Source: Octopus sinensis (taxonomy: Eukaryota). From it: a stretch of DNA of 64,000 nt. The stretch is from positions 96,968,001 through 97,032,000 of the forward strand of contig NC_042999.1 in assembly GCF_006345805.1 (NCBI RefSeq). Reading direction: 5' to 3'. This document shows positions 1 to 11,731 of the stretch, piece by piece (the stretch's first letter is position 1; every line of letters begins with the position of its first letter). Made by a program: the position numbers and the translations under genes. The notes beneath the pieces are model-generated. The model worked only from the letters and a program-made list of their open reading frames with translations, ran no database searches and had not been told where the DNA came from.

Positions 1-419
1 CCTCCCCATCCTATTCCCCCCTCGGTGATGAGTCCCTCCCTTGCCCCTCTAGTTCGGATTTCCCCCCTCTCCCAGACATCACCCCTCACCCGCCAAGCCC
101 AGGCAATCTGTCCCCGATATCAAGTCCAAGACAATCTAACGAATATAAGGAAATACTGACAGCAATAAACAATGATAACGAACAATTAAAAAAAAGGTTA
201 AAGCAAATACCAACGGTGTCAATTTACAAACATCATTATAAGAAAATATTGCCATTTACAAAATAGATAAAAAGAACTATAACATCTTTAAAAACTACCA
301 CCCAGCTGACATGAGTCCTACAAGACTTGATTTTAACAAGTCGATGTACGAGGACCTATGTCAGAATATTACCCCCACGAACCTGTGAAAAAGAGAGTGC
401 TACTGACTAAGGTAAATCC

Positions 420-2265
420 ATGTCAAGCATTCACGTTGAATGTATAAATGTGCGTGGCCTGACGTCTAGTTGGAAGCAAGGACGCCTCCTAAATGACGTC
501 AGGTCACGGGATTTAGATGTTGTTGTTGCTACAGAATCCCAGTTGAAGAGGCCAAGAGATCTGCTCCAGCTGCTTGACGACTACGAGAGTTTCACCTCTC
601 CATTCTGTCCTCATAGCGGGAGCGGGGAGTTGGTCCTATTAAAAAGAAACCGGGTTTCTGAGAAAAAGTTGATTTTTGCAGACCCAGAAGGTAGGCTGGT
701 TGTCATTGACTTGACGTTCAGCCGTTGTAAGACTATCAGACTGGTGGCAGTTTATGCACCTCATGATACGGGGCAAACTAAGTATTATCAGAACCTGGAG
801 AAGTTTCTTGGTACATTACATCCCTTAGTTGTGCTAGGAGACTATAACACAATCTGCGATGCTCGCATAGATTATGTTGGCTCGTGCGTTAATAGAAGTA
901 ATGTTTGCTTCCAGGATCTACTAAGACGTTTTGAGCTGGTAGATTCATACAGACTGGAATTTCCGAATGCTCCATTGTGGGCATGGGCAAATAGCGAGGA
1001 TCTTCCAGGTCTTATCTAGATAGAGTATTAATTAGAAAAGTAGATAAGAAGATAGCTAGGTGTCCACAGTTTTACATGGTCAGCTACAGTGATCACAAGA
1101 TGGTCACCTGTAAGCTCGACATAGATAAGTTATATAGAGGTCCCGGCTACTGGAAATTTAATACGTCCCTTTTGGCGATTAAGGAGTACAGAGACCGGAT
1201 TCAGATGTTAATTCAGAGGGCATTAACCGGATCCATTATTAACAACAAATGGTGGTATGATCACAAGCGAGCCATTAAATATGAGTCTATTAGATATAGC
1301 ATAGGTTTAGTGGCTAGAAAGGCTAGAAGGGAACCAGCTCTAGTTAAGGACTTAGAGGAAGCAATGCGAACTGGCTCTGCGACTCAGGTGAAGGTCAAGA
1401 GACTGGTGTTAAACCAGCACCTCGAAGACAAACACTTGGGTTGCATTGTCAAGGCTAGACAACATGCAATGGGTTGTGAAGGAATCAATGCTGCGGGATG
1501 GGCCCAAGTAGTGGAAGCCCAATGTGGAAATGATGCCACATTTCGATCTTTGACGAACCGGCAAGGTACGTTGATAGACGAACCCGAGATGTGTGAGTTC
1601 TTCCAAGACCACTTCGCCCAGCTTTTCGGAGGGGACGGTTGGCCGGAGTGTAGGAAGGTCGTAATGGACTTCCTCACCGGGCTGCTGCGCCTCTATGGGC
1701 AGGATGCGAGGTGTAGTGAGAGGCCGATCACGCCTGAGGAGGCAAAAGAGGCCACGGCGGACTGCGACATGGGTAAGGCACCAGTGCTGGATGGTCTACC
1801 CTACGAGCTGTATAAGAGTATGTCGGACATGTTCGGACACCTATTAGCGAGTGTCTACGCGAACTGGCAACAGAATGGGATCATTCTCAGATCTGTATGC
1901 CGGGGAGTGGTGACGCTCGTCAGAAGGACACGAACAAGGGGGATATCATTGATAATTTTAGGCCCATCACTCTGCTCAACGCAGAGCTGAAGATTTTGGC
2001 CAAAGTGTTATCGAAAAGATTGGCGTGTGTCGTGGATGGGCTGATCGGGGGAGCACAGACATGTGCCATCCCCGGCAGATCCTTTCAGGATAATCTCCAT
2101 CTTACACGATACACTATAGAGGGAATTAATAACGATTCCGGCAAAGGAGGGGCAGTGGTCCATATAGACTAACCAAAAGCTTTTGATAGGGTCGACCATC
2201 ACTACCTGGTGTCCATTCTGGCACAGTTCGGCCTGGGTCTTGGCTTCCTCAGATGGATCATGTCT
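420..2265 (+). mobile_element. L1/Tx1-clade non-LTR retrotransposon, ORF2 5' part (APE endonuclease plus start of RT), disrupted and 3'-truncated
   Basis: ORFs 420-1019, 1076-1990 and 1897-2172 contain APE motifs (CINVRGL, VATES, GDYN, SDHK) and RT motifs (NFRPITLLNAELKILAKVL, then KAFDRVDH after a stop). Stops and frameshifts separate them. Bases 1-419 are proline-rich then AT-rich coding-like sequence, probably the end of ORF1. Confidence 0.9.
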
Positions 2266-2266
2266 G

Positions 2267-2362
2267 TAGAGTGTTCAGCCACTTGCACATTAATTTCACG
2301 AGCAGGTTGTTCCGTTGATCGGATCAACTGCAACCCTCGTTATCATAACCGGCGGAGTGCCC
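2267..2362 (-). mobile_element. SINE-like repeat fragment abutting the truncated LINE
   Basis: Abrupt change of sequence character at the LINE break; matches from memory a common octopus interspersed repeat (reverse strand GGCACTCCGCCGGTTATGATAACGAGGG...). Confidence 0.5.
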
Positions 2363-2879
2363 AGTTTTAGTGCTTTCATTGGTCATAAGAGTTTTCTCTC
2401 TTCCACCAGCTTAATTACCCATACATTCATACATATATACATTTACCATTACAACCAGTTTGTTGCATTTCGTAATTATTTAGAACGCAGATATCTATAA
2501 ACATACACATCTACACACACACACATACCTTTAGACCAACCTTTATATCACTCATGTACAGACTTCCATACATATCTTTAAATACATACATGCGTACATA
2601 CCATTATTCACATATTTGTATGTATAGTTATATACGCATATCTTTATGCATACCATCATGGGGTATTTAAGTATAGTTAGAATTAACCTAAACGATATAT
2701 GTAACTATAGATAAGCATCCCGGTAACTATTAAAAATGCTAAGACATAACTTAACATCTGACTTGTGTGGGAGGTTACGTTAGATATTCTGTGGTTGTGT
2801 CAGTAGATGTGTTTATGTGTATGTGAGGGTATGTAAATGTGCGTATGTGTGTATGTATGTATGCGTTATGAGTGTGGTT

Positions 2880-3260
2880 GTTAAATGTTATGTATTAGCG
2901 CTTGTATATCTGGCGAATAACGCCGTAGGTAAAATGATGAATATCGTAGCGGTTTAGGTGTAAGGATGGAGAGAGCGGTGATGTTCTAAATTGGAATGAA
3001 GAAAACATGTTTAAGGCGAATCGTTTAATGACTTCATGCTTTATCACTTCAATTTACATATTTCTTTGTAAGATGAAACTGTTTCCGTATGGAGCATATT
3101 GGCTTGGAGGAGGGGTAGAAGCATGCCATTCTAAAAATATCTTCAATATATCATTAAGTGCGGAGCCGGTGAAAATGACGTATTCTTCTTGATGCTGAGG
3201 AATGGTATAGTTAACTACACTTTAGAGATCTATAATATCTTTCTGTATTATATTTTGTTA
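2880..3260 (-). mobile_element. Degenerate Penelope-like GIY-YIG endonuclease remnant
   Basis: Minus-strand translation gives PQHQEEYVIFTGSALND, resembling the PLE CxxCxxxYIGxTGxxLxxR motif; many stops. Confidence 0.4.
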
Positions 3261-3623
3261 TATTATTTCGTTTGTATAAAGGCTGTGCTGATGACTGAGA
3301 CAGTCAAGTTATCATCAGACTGAATGACTTAAAGAATTCAGCTTCGTTCTTTCTAAGGTCTAAATTTCTGAATTAACTTTTTCGGGGGTTTTTTCTGTTT
3401 TTTGTTGTTGTTTTTTTTTTTCTTAGACTATAGACAGTTGATCCTATTGCGCTTACATGCCAGTGTTTTTATTTATTTTAAAACTTCAAATATCGAGGCC
3501 GACATGTGAACTTCAGCTTGTTATCTCAGCAATAGAAACGAAGTGGTCGGTCCAAGAGGCCTAGCACAAGAAATCTGGAACAATTGATCTAGTGACGATC
3601 TGCTGCGATTAAATGATCTGTCA

Positions 3624-4024
3624 AAAGGCGGTGAGCTGGTAGAAACGTTATCACGCCGGGCGAAATGCTTAACAGTATTTCACCTGTCTTAACGTTCTGA
3701 GTTCGAATTCCGCCGATGTCGACTTTGCTTTTCATCCTTTCGGGGTCGATAAATTAAGTACCAGTTACGCACTGGGGTCGATGTAATCGACTTAATCCCT
3801 TTGTCTGTCCTTGTTTGTCCCCTCTGTGTTTAGCCCCTTGTGGGTAGTAAAGAAATAAGTATTTCATCTGACTTTACGTTCTGAGTTCAAATTCTGCCGC
3901 GGTCGACCTTGCCTTTCATCCTTTCGGGGTCGATAAATTAAGTACCAGTTACGTACTGGGGCAGATTTAATCGACAGGCCCCCACCCCCAAAAAATTTCG
4001 GGCCTTGTGCCAAGAGTAGAAAAG
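3624..4024 (+). mobile_element. Dimeric tRNA-derived SINE (family A, Meta-like core) with 16-bp TSD
   Basis: Head GGCGGTGAGCTGGTAGAA, B-box-like GAGTTCGAATTCC, core GACTTTGCTTTTCATCCTTTCGGGGTCGATAAATTAAGTACCAG present twice. Flanked by ATTAAATGATCTGTCA (3608-3623) and ATTAAATGGTCTGTCA (4025-4040). Confidence 0.85.
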
Positions 4025-4174
4025 ATTAAATGGTCTGTCATGTGAGTTGTTTTCGTAAATGCCGGATTTTTCCCTTTTGACTCCAAGCGTTATCAATTCA
4101 GTGAACCTAGGAATAATTTGTTGAGAAATGATACAAGTAATGGGAACATTCTTGACGGTTTTAGGTCAAGTATA

Positions 4175-4380
4175 TGAGGGGTGCTGAAAATTTCCTGGCT
4201 TTAAGGGTGTCGCGAAAGAGATCCAACCTTCCGAGTTCTTTTACAGGACTTAGAAAAACTGAAGGACCGCTGCAATAAGTGTATGAATTTGAGAGGGAAA
4301 TATGTTAAATAAAATCATAATTAACTGACCCTCCAGTATTTTATTTTACCCAAAGCCAGGAGCTTTTCAGCACCACCTCG
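4175..4380 (+). mobile_element. Tc1/mariner-derived MITE
   Basis: Imperfect TIRs TGAGGGGTGCTGAAAATTTCCTGGCTTT / AAAGCCAGGAGCTTTTCAGCACCACCTCG, TA at both ends, internal remnant of a mariner C-terminus (GLRKTEGPLQ / CMNLRGKYVK*). Confidence 0.8.
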
Positions 4381-5059
4381 TATACTCTCATGACAACCTT
4401 TACTTGTTAAGTGATATTCTTAGCTTTTTCCATCAATTCACAGGGTCATTAGCATAGCAAAATACGTAAAAAAATGTAAGACTAAACATTAGCCCCAATG
4501 GTTTTCAATGGGAACTTTGTATTGTATATAACTTTCTATATCTCAGTCATTTTACTCCGCTAAAGGATTTCTTTCTCTACAGCAGACAGGTATGTCAGAC
4601 ATCTGATATACGAGGACTAACTTTTGTTATCATAACAAACAGACTACGTAGTAGCACACCATAGAATATATGAATTAATTCTGTATTGAAATACATATTT
4701 AGTATTTCTCTGGTTTAGGCGATCATATATTCTGTCTACACCAAATCTGAGTGCGAGTCATCTACGTCTAAACTGTAGTACTTTAGTTTTCAAACCAACT
4801 CCATAGGTGATGTGTTACGTAAATATTAACCATGTTATTGTATATCTTGTACTTCTTAGCATTTCCCACCTCAGCAGAGCAATGATTTTGGTGAGTTTGA
4901 AAACTTGAGTGGAACCTTCTTAAACTATTTGTTGATGTTGAGTATATTAAAGCATCCACATATGCTGGTGCTTAATGCTTGATTAGTTGTCTTATGCATG
5001 ACGTTTCTAAAAACTTGCCATCTGCCTTGATCTCTTAATTAGCATATATTATATTACAT

Positions 5060-5240
5060 TTCCGTCTATATGCAATAGCTAATCTATACTCTACCAACAT
5101 GCCAAAGACCACTATGGAGGCAACTTGGGTCAACTTGACATCCGCAAATTATCCAAGCACCCAAAAGACCCAACACTCAGACAAATACTGGAGTACGGCC
5201 TTATAAATGAAACCTCCCCAATACTAAATAGGAAATATAC
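5060..5240 (+). mobile_element. Penelope-like element 3' fragment (GIY-YIG C-terminus)
   Basis: Translation KLSKHPKDPTLRQILEYGLINETSPILNRKYT resembles the C-terminal helix of PLE endonucleases. Confidence 0.5.
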
Positions 5241-6082
5241 ATAGTATATATAATACATCCATACCCACAGTTTACACAGTGGAACAGTTAGTGGACTGTT
5301 ATGTAGATTTATGTAGATAGATGTATGTATGTGTGTGGGGGGGGTGAGTGTGTGTGTATTCACATGTATTTTTTTTTTGTATGTAAGCATATGGATATAA
5401 AAATAAACAGATGAACATACAGACGGATAGGTACATAGGTTATAAGAACAGACAAGCACACATACGCAAATGGAGATTGACACACATTATCATATATACA
5501 CACACACACACTTTACTCCACACAAGGACACATATGGAGACACGGATCCACACATATAGAGATGCATGTCCATCCATACATACAAACGTGGTACATAATT
5601 GCATAACACACACACACACACACACATGCACACAAAGAAAACAGAGGAGCATACATATACAAAAACACGCTCACACACACACATACATAGAAAATACACA
5701 AACACGGACATGAATATACAGGATACATACATACAGGTTCATACATAAACATGCATACATACATACACACATACATACATGCATGCATCGGCACACACAC
5801 ACTAACCCACACACATGCGCACAAACAAACAAAAAAGGAACGCTGTGTAAATAACGGACAGAGTCAAGACAATTGAAAAGGTTGCAAGATGCAACGAAAA
5901 TTTTAGGAAACTATAAATAAGAAATAAGTGGAAATTTTACCGGTGTGTGTGTTACATTATAAGGCACAAAAAGAAAATGACTCTCCACAGACACATCAGA
6001 ATATGTTTCAACACACGAACTCATATAAAGAATCTTGCAAACCAAATCCAAACGAAATATATGTATATATACATATTCTTTT

Positions 6083-6306
6083 ATTCTTTTATTTGTTTCA
6101 GTCATTTGACTGCGGCCATGCTGGAGCACCACCTTTAGTCGAACAAATCGACACCAGGACTTATTCTTTGTAAGCCTAGTACTTATTTTATCGGGCACTC
6201 TTGCCGAACTGCTAAGCGACGGGTACCTAAACACACCAGCATCAGTTGTCAAGCGATGTTGGGGGGTAACAAAGACAGACACACAAACATGTACATACAT
6301 ATATAC

Positions 6307-6353
<47 letters not shown>

Positions 6354-6510
6354 GATGGGCTTCTTTCAGTATCCGTCAACCAAGTCCATTCACAACACTT
6401 TGGTGAGCCCGAGGCTATAGTAGAAGATACTTGCCCAAGGTGCCAAGCGGTGGGACTGAACCCAGAACCATGTGGTTGGTAAGCAAGCTACTTACCACAC
6501 AGCCACTCCA
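6083..6510 (-). mobile_element. tRNA-derived SINE (family B, CORE-like) with internal (TA)n
   Basis: Reverse complement of the element at 20755-21158; CORE-like GGCACCTTGGGCAAGT on the minus strand; internal TA run at about 6300-6352. Confidence 0.85.
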
Positions 6511-6538
6511 TAAATATGTTAAATATACATACATTAAC

Positions 6539-6634
<96 letters not shown>

Positions 6635-6682
6635 GTGTATGTATAAATATATATAAATAAATATGGATACATATATATAAAG

Positions 6683-6727
<45 letters not shown>

Positions 6728-8761
6728 GGAAAAAGTCAAGGTAGAAAATGCTAAAATAATTTTATAAAAAACATTTCAGTGCCGGTTTTGGTCATTGAGA
6801 CTTTTTCAACTGTAAATATGAAAAACAATTAAATTTTAGAAAAAGAAAATGAAAACCCACCGCCTCAGTAACTTTTTAAAAACCCTCTTAAAACCATTCC
6901 TCAAACATGTCAAAAGCTACATGAGGTATTACCTGTATATGCTCAATCACCTTCCTGAAACAATAATCAAATCACCCTACTAGTATCCTTCGATGTAGTC
7001 AAGCTCTGTTCCAATATCCCCCACAACCTAGGAATAGAGGCAATTCAATTCTGGCAAGAGAATTATGCCAACGAACTCCCACATCGCATCAAAAAAGAAT
7101 TCGTAATAGAAGGGCTAAAATTTATCTTGGAGAATAACTACTTCGTCTTCAAAGACAACTTCTATCGACAAAAATCGGGGACTGCGATGGGTACGAGAAT
7201 GGACCCCTCCTTTGCTAACCTAGTCATGGGATATCTACAAATTAGTCTTTATCGTAAGGGTCTAGAAAATACGGCAACCCATTCTCCCTCTACATAGAAA
7301 ATAACTGGAAGAGACACCTGGATGGCTGTTAAAGAATTTCAAGCACATATAAATGGACTTGACACAAACATTCAATTCACGATGGAATATAGCCATCAAC
7401 AATTTCCCTTCCTCGACATCCTCATTAAGAAATCTAGCAACGTAATAGAAACAGATATACACTATAAGCTCACAGACTCCAAGCAATATCTACCGTTCAA
7501 CTCATGCCACCCCAGACACACCAGAATGAATATCCCCTTCAACCTAGCAAAAAGGATATGTACTATAACTTCTAATGCAAACACCATGGACACACGACTA
7601 CATGAACTAAAGGATACACTCATCACGAGGAACTACCCACCTTTACTAATTGACATATGCTTTCAACGTGTCCTACAACTCAACATCCACGAATTCAGAC
7701 ATCCCAAATTAAAGAAGGATTTACAACCAAAACCCCTACCATACATCTCCACACACAACCCTCTTAACAATGAAACCTTCAATACCATCCTTCAAAACAT
7801 TCCCCTGCTAAAAATGGACCACATAATGAACTTAATCCTTCAAACACACACCATTATGAAAATCAAGAGTCAGCCCAAATCTATGAAAAGTTTGCTAACA
7901 CAAGCCCGAATACGCTGAAGCCGTCAGTAAAATAATGCGGAAGACTCAACTGTAGGATATGCGTCAATTTAACTGAGGGATCAGAGTTCTCCTTCAAACA
8001 GAGACAACGTTTCACAGTAAAAAGCAGCTTCACATGTGCTTTCGGAGAACCTGATATACGCACTAGCCTGCTCTGTGTGTCAAGAGTAATATATAGGCCA
8101 AACAAAAACAGTCTACATCAAAGGATGGCTCTGCACAAATCCCTGTCAAAATTCCGAAAAACAGAAAAATAGCATTCAGCCAACATATCGAAATTTGCGC
8201 CAATAACAAAAATCCAAGCTTCAGAATTTTTCCCCTCTATCAATTCAAGGATGATACAACCTGTAGCCAACGAAAGTCTTTCTTTATCACAAAATACAGA
8301 CCCCTTTTGAACGAATCTACAACAAATGACATATCCACCACGACCTTAGAATAACATACACGCAAATATTAAAAAATGATACATTCATAAGAGATACCCA
8401 AGAATTCATTAAAAACAGTCCCAATTATTGCTATAATCCACAACGAGTCTCTTTTAGATCACTTGACCATTTAACAACCTACTACTATCATATCACTCCC
8501 GCATTCTTCTTCTTCTCTGCCGAGAATTCACAACGACCTCGAACCTTCAAGAGTAAACAATAGAGACAGAGACAGACAGAAACAAGAAAACTGCCCCTTG
8601 TATTTGAATACTATGCAAATATTCTTTTAAGATCTTTTCATTTAATTTTTCCAAAATATAATTGTTTTCCATACTTACAGTTGAAAAGTTTCAATGCCCG
8701 AAATGGGTACTGAAATGTTTTTTATAAAATTATTTTAGCATTTTCTACTTGACTTTTTTCC
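6728..8761 (+). mobile_element. Penelope-like element (RT plus GIY-YIG), decayed, flanked by inverted terminal repeats
   Basis: RT motifs LVSFDVVKLCSNIP and GTAMGTRM, thumb YKLTDSKQYLPFNSCHP (ORF 7322-7918), GIY-YIG remnants at 8030-8330. 6728-6855 and 8635-8761 are inverted copies of each other, both abutting (TA)n. Confidence 0.9.
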
Positions 8762-8818
8762 ATATATATATAATATATATATATATATATCAACACGTAT
8801 GTTCCTTTTCAACCTTCT

Positions 8819-8944
<126 letters not shown>

Positions 8945-9899
8945 CCACAAATAATCACAAAATAGATAAAACCTCAGATTAACAAACACATGGTTATTGG
9001 ACCACATTTACAGCTTACTTTTTTATACAAAATATGACATAACAGATAGGTGTCGTAACAAATCTTACGACCGTTTCCGATTCGTTGCCAAAATTCTGTC
9101 TGTAAGTAAATGCTAGAATAATGTTCTTCATCTTCATAGGACATTCACGGGGCTTCATCAGAGTAAAAGACAAGAGCATACAGTACAAACGAAGTGAAGA
9201 AGGCAAAGAAAAGAAAACATAGCCTAGAAAAAGATCTACAAACCCAATATATTAAAAACATATAATCTACCATCTAGGAGCAACGATGTCCGTAGGTAAA
9301 AGTCTGAGCTAGTAATGGTCTATGGTATACTACAATTTATTAATGGGCAGTTTCATTTAAGGGGGCAGCAAGATGTTTAAAAATTTTAAGAAAGAAGTTA
9401 TCAAAAAATATATATATATAAGGAAAATTACTAACATGATTATCAAAGGGCGGTACTTATGCTAACGAAGTAAACTCAAGTAAATTAGCAACGTGCTTAA
9501 GAAAATTTACTCACAGAATTTATTACCAAGAATCCCATCTATGGTCCACAATAGGGCAAGTCTAAGTCCAGCGGTCTCTACAATTGGTCAGTTACAATTT
9601 GAACCGTTACAATGGATATGTCAATAAAATAGACAAAAAAAGAAACGAAAAATGGTTCGGGGGAGAAGTCAATGATATAGGTAGTGCGGGGCCGCTTATG
9701 TCCTTTAGTAGGTAACGTTATAACATGCATGAGGGAATAGTCAAAAGAGTAAGTAGCCTCGGGTTGTGGTTAAAGGGAGGCAACTAGTACAGGTAATTCA
9801 GCGATTCAATTAAGGCTACTAGGAAATAGCTAATTGTGGTAATATATAAAGATACGCAAGAAAAATCCATCTTATTGGTACGCTACAGTGCACAAATAT

Positions 9900-10980
9900 G
9901 TTTATATTGGAGGAGAGGCTAGAAATTCTCTTACTAATGTTTTTAACTAAATTCTTAAATACTATTATTAAATACAAATGTTTTTAACTAAATATAAATA
10001 CTATTCTTAAATACTAAATTCTTAAAAACTATGCAGGAACCTATATTAATATAGCTAAGTCTATCGTTGGGTTTTCTATAGGGTTTGTAAATATTCTTAT
10101 TTAAATTTAAAGATACATCTAGGAAATTGACAACCGTCAGGTTGGTATCTATTGTTATGCTAAGATCGAATGTTTTCATCATTTGGATAATGTCCTTCCT
10201 AAACCAATCTTGCACTAGTCCATTTGTGTTTGTGGTTAAAGCTAGAGCATCATCTTTGTAAATGGCGAAATATATATCAGGAGAAGTTTAACCTAACGTA
10301 TCGAGCAGGAATAGTCCAATGAGATCGCACATGCCTGCTCCATCATAAGATTCCATGCTCAAAAAACGGCACTTTTTTTCTGATAAACTCCAAAACCAAG
10401 AACTTATACCTTGTAGAAAAGCTTTACCTAACGTATCAAGTAGGAATAGTCCAATGAGATCGCATATGCCTGCTTCATCATATGATCACATGCTCACATC
10501 GAAGGCACCCTCTGTATCGGTTGTCTTAACCCACTCTGCGTTCTCACTGAAGAGTAAAATCTTTCTAGCATAGAATATTATGTCCTTATCTTGTGTAAAT
10601 TCGCTAATGTAGATTCCTGCCATCTCCCCATAGTATTTAAGAATTTAGTTAAAAACATTAGCAAGAGAATTCCTAACCTCTCCTCCAATATAAATATTTT
10701 TAATAGTGTTGCCCTAATATATAATAAAACTTTAAAAGATAGTGGTTTTAGTGAGGAAATAACCTATACACCTGTTATTAGTCCAGTAGCAAAGAAAAGG
10801 AAAAATAGGAATAGGAAAATTATCTGGTTCACGCCACCTTACACTCCGAAGTGACCCTTAATATAGGTAGATATTTCTTATCCTTATAGATAGCCATTTT
10901 CCAATCAATCATAATTATAGGAAGCTCTTTAATAGGCATGACTTAAAAATTAGTTTTATTTATACTACTAACTTTAAAAA
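9900..10980. mobile_element. Penelope-like RT fragments in inverted arrangement (minus copy ~9900-10560, plus copy ~10590-10980)
   Basis: Minus frame TVVNFLDVSLNLNKNIYKPYRKPND and SYDGAGMC; plus frame CHLPIVFKNLVKNISKRI...RKIIWFTPPY. 9900-9965 is the reverse complement of about 10635-10700. Confidence 0.8.
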
Positions 10981-10989
10981 TATAATTAC

Positions 10990-11340
10990 TCCCTCCATCC
11001 ACACCACACCCCTACAAATCCCAATCCCACCATCCAACACATACAAACCCCACCACCCCACATCCTCACCCCAAACCCACACCACACTCCACCACACCAT
11101 AGCACAACACACCACACATCACCACACCACCACATCACAATACACCACACATCACCACACCACACCACCACACCATATCGCACAACCCCGTACACACTAG
11201 CACTGACCACTCCTCAGCACCCACACCATCATCCACACCCCACACATTACAAGACGCACACACTTACAGACCCACACATCCACACGTCAAGGTCGCCAGC
11301 CCCTATCCCCACACACACTCACATACACACGCACACGCAC
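10990..11340. repeat. C/A-rich degenerate (CACCA)n-like low-complexity tract
   Basis: Directly visible; G-rich on the minus strand. Confidence 0.85.
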
Positions 11341-11399
11341 CTTCGTTTTGGGATCACCAATACTTTATTATACCCCCTTCTTCCTAGCTCTCCTGTCTA

Positions 11400-11709
<310 letters not shown>

Positions 11710-11731
11710 ATGTATATATATATATATATAT

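Noticed and set aside
3280-3320. CTGATGA on both strands near a PLE remnant
   Set aside because: No correctly placed GAAA box or helix III.
5411-5824. Overlapping His/Thr and Cys/Val-rich ORFs (also at 24460-24907, 52778-53138, 60214-61098)
   Set aside because: CA/TA/TATG simple repeats, with no domain signal.
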